From the NCBI GenBank assembly GCA_951406725.2, contig OX597815.1, positions 22,816,001 through 22,880,000 of the forward strand: 64,000 nt of DNA, in the 5' to 3' direction. Source of the DNA: Octopus vulgaris (Eukaryota). Made by a program: the position numbers and the translations under genes. Shown here one piece after another: positions 14,701-26,842 of the stretch; within the stretch, counting starts at the first letter, position 1, and every line of letters begins with the position of its first letter. The notes under the pieces are model-generated. The model saw only the letters and a list, made by a program, of their open reading frames with translations. It searched no databases and was not told the DNA's origin.

Positions 14701-17700
14701 AGACATAATAAAAGACAAGGAAAGAAAGTAGAAGACAATGATAGAAAGAATGCAAAATTAAAAGAAAAGGAAAGAAGAAAAAAAATAGGAAAATAAACAG
14801 CAAAATCAAAGCAATGATAAAAAAAAATATGGTGTGTGTGCATATAAACAATGTAGTACATTAATAATTCACATACTGACCCATTGTGGCCATAGTAAAA
14901 AGAACCAAAACTTACAACGTCATCTACCAAATCCTTTAATGCAGTAATGGCAAGTACCGCCACCATTGGTATCAGAGTAGTTAGAGGGGTCAAAGACGAG
15001 ATCGGGGGGATGAACTGGCAAGCAAAAACCAAAACAAATCATAATAAAAGAGAAAAGAGATTGCATAAATAAAGATAAACCATTTTTTTAAAAATGTCTT
15101 TTAGCACCATAGTAATGATAGGACAGAGTTTATTTCAACAAATGCACTGCCAAATGCATGAAACCTTTGATAAGGATAGAATTTATCATTAATTTATTAT
15201 CGATGAAGTCATATATTTAATAAAACTTAGTAGATTCTCTAAGAATTCATTTCAAAAGATAATAAATCTTGTTTGTTAAGAACAGGTTTTCAAAGATATC
15301 ACTATAACATATGACACTTAGAAAATGTTTAACCCTTTCGTTACTGTATTTATTTCGAGATGCTCTGTGTTTCTTTCAATTACTTTAAATATAACAAAGA
15401 ATTTAGTAAAATAACTTAGTTATCATTAAGCTAATGTTAGGAATATAAATTGAGACTAAGGTTTGGTGGAAGATTTTAATTCCAAGCTTATGGAAACGAA
15501 ACATTTGTACTCAGAGCCAGGTTTTAGCCGGGTTGGTATCAAAAGGGTTAAGTGTAATTTTCTACCTGTATATTTCCTGTTTCCATGCATTTGACAGTAA
15601 ATGTATTAAAGGCTTTGTCCATTCAATAATGTTGTTCACTGATGGATTTTTAGTTTTTATATTTTTTGCAAACATGTAATGTGTGAACAAGCCCGTATGT
15701 CACATGAACTAGTTCCCCATTCCTGCCTATGATTTAACCCTTTAGTATTTAAACCGGCCATAACCAGCCAAAATATCTAATCTGTTTTATGTTCAAATTG
15801 ACCAGATCCAAGCTCTCACACCTACCTTACAATGTTATTCTACATTAGGTAATTATGCCATCAAGATCTTGAAAATATGAGATAATGCATGATTAATTCA
15901 AATCAATGGGAATTAATAAGCATTATGTTTGATAGAATAATTAGAACACTAAAGGGTTAAATAAGCCCTATGTCTCAAGGGTAAGCTTAGTAGAGCAAGA
16001 GACTAACAAAGTAAAGTATAAATAAACTAGCAGAAGGCAAAGGGAAACCATTGTCACATCATTCTTAAGAAAATTGGCTTTGGCAAGGAAATCCATGACA
16101 ACCAGTGCCTATCAACATGGGCACATAAAAAGAGATACATGCAACAACTTTCTATAATTACAAATATATAATGATAATCTTAGGTTAAAACAATACACAC
16201 AAAAAGAGTTCAATGCATCTGAATGTAGCATTATACATTTTATTTATACAAAAAAGTATCCAACAGTTGTACAAACTTTCCAAACCCATAAATGATACGC
16301 ACACACAAAAAAAAAAAAATCCTTTACCAATTATGTTTTTATAGGGTAAAAACTGTACCTTCTATGATTATTTCACAATTCTTTTCTCTCCCCCAATGTT
16401 ATATGAGGCAAAATAGCTTAAAATGTGTTTATATATATATGAAAATAAGTTATGATAGTCTTTAATCATAAAATATTACCATCAATTAAAAACAGATGGA
16501 TCTATAAGCTCAACAAGTTAAATAGAGCAGGAAATAAGACTCAATATTTTTATTGGATCTATAAAGCTATAAATATTTGTAAGATTTTTCAAACTATCAA
16601 TCTCATCCGTCATATCTTTTTATTAGACATTTAGATATTCAAGTAACTGTTTTGATATTTTCAATGTACAATGATATTAGACATTATAACAAATAATTTG
16701 AGACAGAAAAGATGAGTAGGTATATCAATGAGTCAAGCCATGCATATCACTTATCAAACAACTGTCTTATTAGTTTCACTACACATTCATTATCTGCAAT
16801 GCAATCAGTAACATGGTTACCCAATGAGTAACAGATAGATGATTTAAATGGAGTAGGTCCCATCAGTGAACCTGTTTGCCCTATCTGTCTCAAATGCATG
16901 CTAATAATATCTGATCAGACAGATTTCTTTTTTTCTGAAATTAGATCATAAGCATAATACCATACCAAATAAGCTACATTTATTTTTATATTTTACATTA
17001 CTTAATTGAAAAAAATAAATAAATGAATAAATAAAAATAACTCATCAAGTGAACAACATTTCAAAAGAAAATACATTTCCCTCATAAAATACATAAAACC
17101 TTATATATGAATATATTTCCCACATTTAATAAAATAATATTTATATGAAACAATATATATATATATATTATATATATATATATATTATATCATATTATAT
17201 TACATATATTTATGCATGTGCATATGTGTCTTTTGTGCATTTTGCAGTTGCAGAAAATTGTAAAGAACAATCCCAGCAAAGTCTTATATATAAACCAATT
17301 AAAGATATGTTTCTTGTGCAGAGACATATCTAGAATTATCATAGAAGTCTATTCTTAGCCAAATGTTACAGTGATAAAGTAAATACAGCTGTTGGAGTAT
17401 TATATATGACATATATCAATATTCATAGGGCAAGTAAGGCAGGAAGCTGGCAGAATTGTTAGCACACTGGGCAAAATGCTTAGCAGCATTTCATCCATCT
17501 TTACATCTTGAGTTCAAATTCTGCTGGAGTCGTCTTTGCCTTTCGTCCATTCTGGGTCAATAAAATAAGTACCAGATGAGCGCTGGCATCAATTTAATCG
17601 ACTTACTCTTACACAAAAAATTTATTATTACAATAAGCAATAAGTCGCACATGAAACATTAACGATATAAATCTTCTAGCTCACAGGTTGAAATGATATA

Positions 17701-20700
17701 TCTCAATTAAATGCTTCAGTATACTAAACTCTTGGATACAGCAATAAATATTGCTTACCCAGCAGAAAGTCATCACCAAATGCTATTGGTGAGTAATTTA
17801 CAGGCTTGTGCAGGAATTTTATTAACAAAATATATTTGTGATCTTTATAGAAACCCTAGCAAATCTTGCACAACAACATCTGTCTTAGACATCTGAAATT
17901 CTACATATGACACAAAAAAAATTCACTTGAAGCCAAAATTTTTTCAGCTGAACATAGAAAACAGTTTTATTTTTTTACCATAAATACAATAAAAGTTATA
18001 AGGTAGAATCAACAGAGTCCCAAACAAAGCGTTGTGTAATGTTTAGTAATATATAATTTATGTTCTACTTTCATGGTCATCTTTGCTTTTATATCAGCTT
18101 TCATACATTAGTAAAGAAAGTACCATACAAATACTGGAGTAGAAGTAATTGGTTTACCCCATCTCCAAATTTTGTGACACTGAACAATGCTAAAAATCAA
18201 CATTCAATTAAAATTCATTATCTATTTATAAAGTAACTTTCTTGGCTACAAATATCCTTCTGAGATAATTCTAAAAATAATACAAACAAAGAAATTTGTG
18301 TACTGTAATTTTTTGATGACAACAAAACTTTATGAATAAACACTAATTTTATAGAATAAATACATTCAATTGATCAGAGCTCGTGAGCTAGTTTCAATTC
18401 CCACAATTTTTTAGTGTACTTCATTTACATGTGAATGTGCATGAAAAGCCCACAAGTATATTTTGTTTTTACTTTGTTCAAATGCAAAAAAATACTTATA
18501 AATTTTTCATACAGAGGTTTAAAGGGTTAAAAGTGAATTTATATGGGAACTATTTGAACAGACCTTTTACAGCAAGTCACCAATAAATTGTGTGAATTTG
18601 AAACCATTTTTACTCACAGGCAGTTGGAATTGTTAATTGCCACATATGTGCAAATAACAATGTCAATTACAGGGTTTGAAATCATAAGCGTTTGGCACCA
18701 AATCCAACTTATTAAGTAATCAATTACTAATATCAGATTCTTACATAGATAAGAAACCTAAGGTTTTTAAAGGACATTTTGCATTCAAGGCATTTTAGAG
18801 GCTAATTTTCCTTTCAAAGTATTGCAGCAAAAATTACAAGTACTCAAATTTTTTTAGCTTCTAAAAAAGAAAAAAACAATAAATAATGAAAATAATTATA
18901 ATAATTTAGCACTTTTGTGATCACCATAGGTAACATGAATTTAGCACTTTTAGAATCAGCCAAAGGTAACATGAAATGAAATATACCCAAATTTCACTTA
19001 CTATGTCATCAATAGCACTTTTAATGGCACTGAGTCCCAGAACAGTGACTAACGGTATGAATGTGGCAATTGGATTCAGAGATGACACCTGTGGAATCAG
19101 CTTTTATGACAAAATACTCCATTATTAATGATGTCTACATCACAGATGACTTTATCATTTTCAAACTATTTAAAGAAATTTATGAAATTAATTAAGGAGA
19201 TTTGCTGAATTGTCTAAGATAATATGACCTTTCTTAACCAAATATATTTTCCTTTTCCTCAAATAGAAAAATTATGGTCTCTTAAAAATTGGCGGTAACA
19301 TCTAGGAGAAAGACTCTTCTACCCAAGATAATGTCTATGAATGATTACAGAGGTTGTTGTATTAACTATAAACATATGGTTCTACAGAGAGAGAGAGAGA
19401 GAGAGAGACTTGGGAAACCTACGATGCTAAAGGCACGGTTTTTATAATAGTTTCCTTCTGCTACTTGTTTTATTATTGCTAAAAGCATTAGAACCTAGTA
19501 AATTTATCCAACAACTATTCCAGCACCAACATCACTATCCTCCAACATTGACTTACTTGAATATATTTTTAATATGCCAGATAAAAAAAAAAAAGAAAGA
19601 AGGAAATGCCAATCAAAAAACAAAGGTTTGTTTCTTCAATGGCATTTTCTGATTAGCAATCTTCTATTTTCCACTAATATAAAAATGAAGAAAGTAACAT
19701 GAGCTCCTTGAAATGTGGATGTAATCAATTTCTTCTATACAATTCTAAATCACAATTTTCAAAGTGTTTAGACTGGCCAACTAAAGGATTCAGCTGTCTT
19801 TAATCTCTTACATGGAAAGTTTCCTGTCAGATTGCAGAACACAATTATAAGTCCTCAGACATGCATTATCAACTCTGGTATTCTTCAAGATTTGTTTTAT
19901 ATTACCCAGACTCTCCCTCTTGTATGTTAACAACTTAACCTGCAGTCACCTCAAACAACAGTCATTCCTATCCAAATTATAGCATTTTTGTTCCTCCTTA
20001 ATATTCTGAATATAGACATACAACCAACCCTAACACCACTTTCCAAATTTACACTGCCCTCATGAATAGAGAACCCAAAACCATTCTCCAGTGGGAACAA
20101 GATAATCTTGCATAAAGACATAATCACTGCACAAAATGCACAGACACAGTCTTGTGCATCACACTCTCTCATCTGGGACAACATGTAATTCAAACCCCAC
20201 AAAGCTGCAGCAAGTGACAAGCAATTCAAACTTTCTACAAATCCCGTTTCACAATAACTGAAGATCTTTCTTAAGAAGATTGTGAAACCCATTATTTGTA
20301 ACATAACTGTGTCTCAGAGAATAACTTTCCTCTTATTAGCTTTAGAAAATACTTCAGTTCAGTAGCAATTTATACATTACTTTATAAATGGTACAGACTA
20401 TTCACTTCCTCTTTGAAGTGTACATTTACAATATCTATATCTATACTACGCGGAGGCGTGTGGTTTAGTGGATCATACGATTGCGGTTTCGATTCCGGGA
20501 CCGGGCAACACGGTGTGTTCTTGAGCAAAACACTTCATTTCATGTTGCTCCGGTCCACTCAGCGGGCAAAAATGAGTAACGCTGTGATGGACTGGTGTCC
20601 CATCCAGCTGGGGAACACATACGCCATAGAAACCGGGAAACCGGGCCCATGAGCTTGGCTAGGCTTTAAAAGGGCGCATTTATTTTATTTTATATCTATA

Positions 20701-23700
20701 CTACATTAAAATCAACTCAGTTTTTAACAGTCATCCTGGATGTGTAGATAATCCAAAGCCAACAGTACTAATATTGTTATCTATAAAAACTCCCAGAACA
20801 TGCACAGCACTGGCTTAGTAAATAATGAAATTACTTTGCTCAGTTTAGAAATGAATGTTCCTAGTTTGGATCTAGTATGGGGACCATGTACATCATCATC
20901 ATAATTATTTAAAAGTCACTTTTCTTTACTTGCATGGGTCAGATGGAATTTGTTGAAGCAGATATTTCTATGGCAAGATGCCTTTCTTGCTGCTAATGCT
21001 CAACTATCTCCGAGCAAAGTAATAATTACCCATAGGCAGATATGTTTCTCATAGAAGACTAAAATCAAATAACCTTGCTTATATGATAACAATGTACATT
21101 TACAACTATCATGTGGTATCTAGCACAAGGGTACACACACATGCATACACACACGCATGCACACACACAGTATACCTATCTATCTATCTATCTATACACA
21201 CACACACACACACACACAATGGGTTCTTTTCAGTTTCATCATCATCATCATCGTTTAACATCCGTTTTCCATGCTAGCACGGGTTGGACGGTTTAAATTC
21301 ATTCACAAGGCTTTGGTGGGCCTGGGACTATAGTAGAAAACACTTGACTAAAGTACTGCCCAATGAGATTGAATCCATGATCACACAGTTGGGAAGCAAG
21401 CTTCTTGACCAGGCAACCACACCTGCATACCTGATCGAAACATAGCATAACTGTAAATATTGGTAAATCCTCATCATTATCATTTAGCATCCGTCTTCTA
21501 TGCTGTCTTGGGTTGGACACATTCTAATGATGAGTTCAGTTTTAACAACAATTCTCTCAGACAAATTTGATATTTAACATAGCTCATTGTAATTTTGTTA
21601 GTAGGTAGTACGTCCAAAAGACTTTGAAACAACAGGGTCTTCAGCTGTAGCTGTAAGTTTATATAATTAACATAAAAACACTAAAAGGTTTACTATTATA
21701 AAATTGTAGCATTTTTGTATGTCATTGCCCTTAATAAGTCATATCAATTTCACCATAACTTGCCTGGTATATTTCAGAATGGAATTTCTCCATTAGTCAA
21801 TCCCTAGCAACTACTTACATTCCAACTCTAATTTTTTTCTTTTTTGTTTTTCTTTTTCTATACTAATCCTTATTATTACCAAAAAGACATGCCAAATTAT
21901 AACACTTTTTAAATAATATATGCCATATATCATTCAAAAATGATAAATCACCAATCCTTCTTGCCAACCGTGATCAATATTGTTAATTCAAAGACACACA
22001 CAAATACATACAACAGAGTAAGTAAATCACTTTCAGCTCATTGCACAAAGGTGGAAGTACAGTATTTGTTTACATACCTGTAGGATAAGGAGAATTAGAA
22101 AATAAGAATTGGCAAGTCGCCGGAACTGCTCAAATAAGTTCTTGGGAAGAAATGTAAAAACATTGTACTTGGATGTACTGATGTAGTTAGTCTGAAATTA
22201 AAATAAATGACATTGGTTCTCTAGGTGTCAACATTGGGAGAATTCTCAACAGAGAATAGCTGGAATCAAATTTACAAATCATAAAAACAAGCAAGTGCAT
22301 AAGAAAAGAATCAATTATGGTGTGATTTTGAAGTCATTATAGTATGCTGCCCATCACTCTGATGAAGCAAGCCTGAGGGTCTAAGTCATCATCATCATTT
22401 AACGTCTGTTTTCCATGCAAGCATGTGTTGGACGGTTCGACCGGGGTCTGGGATGCCAGAAGGCTGCACCAGGCTCCAAACTGATCTGGCAGTGTTTCTA
22501 CAGCTGGATGCCCTTCCTAATTTCAACCACTCCATGAGTGTAGTGGGTACTTTTTACATGCCACTGGCACAGGTGCCAGGCAAGGCTAGCAATGGTTACG
22601 ATCGGTTGGTACTTTTTACGTGCCACCAGCATGGAAGCAAGTCAAGGCAGCGCTGGCATCAGCCACGTTCGGATGGTGCTTTTTACGTGCCGCCGGCACA
22701 GGGATCACAACTACAATTTCCATTGATTTTTGATTTTGATGTACTTGACTCAATAGGTCTCCTCAAGCACAGGGTCGAAACAGTGTTTCTTTACTTGCCA
22801 CGTGCACAGGAGTCAGTCCAGTGGCACTGACAATGGCCAGGTACCAGTCATAGGATTTGGTTCAATTTTGTTTGAGTGGTTAAATGAATTTTTAACTGAT
22901 TGAATATGAGTTTAATTTTCTACCACTCATAAGAGTAATACTTTGATAGAAGATGCAGCAATGTAAGTCTACATGAAACTTTTGCAAGAAATTTAAGATA
23001 TCAGCAATTCAGTCTGCTTTAGTTCCTAATAATTCAGTTTAATACTTCAGTAATAAAATCATCATCATCATCATCATCATTTAACATCCGTTTTCCATGC
23101 TAGCATGGGTTGACGGTTCGACCGGAGTCTGGTAAGCCATGGAGGCTGCACCAGGATCCAGTCTGATTTGGCAGTGTTTCTACAGCTGGATGCCTTTCCT
23201 AATGCCAACCACTCTGTGAGTGTAGTGGGTGTTTTTTATGTGCCACTGGCACAGGGGCCAGAGCAGGCTGGCAAACAGCCACGATCGGTTGGTGCTTTTA
23301 CGTGTCACTGACACGGACGCCAGTCAGGCAGCGCTAGTATCTGCCACGTTCGGACGGTGCTTTTTACGTGTCACCGGTACAGGTGTCTTAAGAATAACAA
23401 ATTAGAATCATCTCGTACTAAGTATAGTTTCTTATAAATTAGAGCCTCAAATTTGATACCAGCACTTGTTCATTCTGAAAATATTGAGACACTACTTATC
23501 TTGGTTTTAGTTATAGGGAGCTTTTAGGTAAAAACAGTGCCTAAAATCTATTTAATATTTTAAAGCAACTCTAAATAGGAATTTTTATTTTAACATTTTT
23601 ATACAGGTTTTTACATGCTGATATGTTTTTATAAATTCAGATAAGCTTTTAAATGAACTGCTGGAAGATAGACTTTATAACGGGATGCCCTTCCTCAAAG

Positions 23701-26700
23701 AAAGAGTCAATCTGAGTAATAACTATTTTCCATTAACAGATAAAATAATATTAGACTTTGAATGATCACATGATATAACATCAATGACAGGATTTGAAAT
23801 CAAGACTCATGAGTCAGTCACCAATATTTCCAGTACTTTATTATAGGACACTTTTACAGTCATCATATAACCATAGATAGTGGTGAGATTTTATTTAAAC
23901 TTTGAAATCAATGTTAAATCAACAATGGGAGAAATGTTGGTATTATTCAATATTATATTTACCTCTTGAATATAGATATTTTTCTATAATGCAATTTATA
24001 AATTCCTTTTGATAGAATTTTCAAATATTAATAAATGAATTTTCAAATATTAATAAATGAAGTGTCAAAGCTGACAGGAAGCGTCGATGCTTCCTAGGGC
24101 TAAATAGCGGTGGTGTGATTCCCTTTACGGGACTGTCACGTTAAGTTGACAGTATACAACCGCTCTATCGTTCCACCCCTGCTCATATCTCTCTGAGATA
24201 TTTAGAAATTTAATATTTCTAATAAATGAATGTTATTTAAGAATGGATTTTTGGAATCAGTTGGTCTCAAAAGATATCGGAACTATATTACTTGAATGAG
24301 TGTATGTCAGTGTATGCCTTTGTTTATAAAATAGCCATATTAGTGTGATTGTGGAATAAAGTGTATTTTATGCTATTATTTTGTCAACAGAAAAAAATGA
24401 GTGTCCATTAAATTTGCAAGTCACTAGATAATATCAATACAGTTTGAACTTCTTTAGACTAATGCCTGTGGAGTTTTGCAGTTTGAATAGGATTGAGTAC
24501 AAATCTTTGTATCAGAGAAACAAGTGAGGATGATATGTGTAGGAAAGGTAAGTTCATCAATTCGAAATGATATGCAGCTGGTATGTACGATATCAATATG
24601 TATATCTATGTGTCGGTATGTATATTTGCATGCATATCATCGTTATTTTACATGTACTTCTCCATGCTGGTATGAGTTGGACAGGTCATCATAATCCATG
24701 TCAGTACATGTTGAGTATTACTACAGTTTTAGAATGATTGGGTACCATCCTTGCTAGTACATTCCTTTTTTAGCATGGTTTTTATGGCTGGATGGTCTGT
24801 CTAAAGCCAACCATTTATAGAGAACTAGACTTACTACCTAGCATTGCCCAGTAAAGTATTCACAGAATTGTTTCCCATTTTTGTAGAATGGGAATTCAGA
24901 GTACTTATGCATGTATATATATTTAACCTAGCTTCTGGACTTATCTAATTGGAACTATCCAAATAATAGTAATCAATTTACAACAGTAGAAGCTGTTTTT
25001 TATCCTGAAAATCACCTGTTACTTTTGTTTTAAAGTGAAAGATGTATGAATGTGTATGAAATGGACGTGTGTATGTGCATGTGTGTGTACGAATGTATGA
25101 GAGAGAGGGAATGAGAGAAAGAGAGTGTGACACATACATGAGAACACACACACATTCACTTACACTCTCTCTCTCTCTCACACACACACACACATACATA
25201 CATACAAAAAAGATGTACACATATGTATTGATGTATGTACATTTGCATGACAACAGACCCCTTCACTCATTCTCTTTCTCTCTCTCTCTCACACACATAC
25301 ACACACATCTATTTCATATACACATACATCTTACACTTTCTCTTTTCTTTCACTTTAAAACAAAAGTAAATAAAAGTTTTTTTACGGAAATTAACAAACT
25401 CCAGATGATGAAATCACATTCAGTTAAAAATATTTCTAAATTATTAAAATACTGCGTCCATCAAAAAGTCAATGTTTTTTTTTTTCTTAGAGAGTACGAG
25501 GACTGTGTGTGTATATGTCACAGAGAGTGGACATGTGCTTGTGTTAATGGACACACAATGACATTCATTATATGTGTGTGCATTCTGTATGTGTGTTGAC
25601 TTCACAGAAGCCATGTATTTTTTCATCAAGAAATAACAAAAATTGTGTTTAATCATTTAAATAGAGGTCCAAATATCACAAAAATTTGTACTGCACTGCC
25701 AACAGTAAAAATAGATGCATACAAAAAATTAAGATAAAATATACTATTTCTGAGATATTTCAGTAACACACAAACATCCCTAGAGTTTTAGTATTATCAA
25801 GATACTGTAGGCATTTTATTGTAGCATTAGCATTAGAAATGTTGCTTTGCCTCTATATGACTAAAGAGTTCTCTGTAGTTTTTGTTTGTTTACAGAGTGA
25901 ACTGGATGTATTTTATTATAACACAAGCACTAGAGAGGTTGCCATGTCCTCTCTACCTTACACTGTCTTCAAAACATGACTGAAGGATGATAGAAGAGAG
26001 AATGATGATGATAAAAGAACTATAGTGAGAGGGTGTCGGGAAAGAGTAAGAATGGGAAACTTGAGTGACTGGAACAAGAGTGTGATAGCTACATGCTGAT
26101 TGTTGGTAAGAAGATGGAACAGAATATAGCAAGAGTTATGTAATGATGGAAGACAGCATGATAATAAGGAAAAGGAAGGAAAAGCACCCACTGCACTCAC
26201 AGAGTTGTTGGCGTTAGGAAGGGGATCCAGCCGTAGAAACACTGCCAGATCAAGATTGAAGCCTGGTGCAGCCTTCTGGCTTGCCAGTTCTCAGTCAAAC
26301 CTTCCAATCCATGCCAGCATGGAAAGTGGACGCTAAATGATGATGATGACGATGAAAGAAAGGAGTAATGGAAGTGAGAGACTAATGTGAAAGACAAAGT
26401 GATGGACATTAACATAAATGAGTAATGCAAGAGAGGGAGAGAAAAAGAGAGAGAGAATAATGTGAAACAGCTAGTGATGGACATCATGAGCGATATCAGG
26501 ACTAATGTGACAGAGAGAGAGAGGGAGAAAGAGGAGAGAGAGAAGAAAGATAGGCGAGAGAGAGAGAAGAAAGATAGGAGAGAGAGAGAAGAAAGATAGG
26601 AGAGAGAGAGAGAAGAAAGATAGGAGAGAGAGAGAGAAGAAAGATAGGAGAGAGAGAGAGAGAAGAAAGATAGGAGAGAGAGAGAGAGAGAAGAAAGATA

Positions 26701-26798
26701 GGAGAGAGAGAGAGAGAGAAGAAAGATAGGAGAGAGAGAGAGAAGAAAGATAGGAGAGAGAGAGAGAGAGAAGAAAGATAGGAAAGAGAGAGAGAAGA

Positions 26799-26842
<44 letters not shown>

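Noticed and set aside
14220-15032. 270-aa hydrophobic ORF and overlapping ORFs as a standalone membrane protein
   Set aside because: Only the 33 codons of exon 4B are real; the rest is read-through into a pyrimidine-rich intron past a canonical GTAAGT donor.
17755-17850. GG|gtaagc donor-like site between exons 4A and 4B, as a third alternative exon
   Set aside because: Upstream frames show no TM2 similarity and no acceptor at a matching distance.
19600-20330. Possible LTR-retrotransposon integrase remnant (VTNNG-like motif, minus strand)
   Set aside because: Too decayed to support by eye; needs a translated search.
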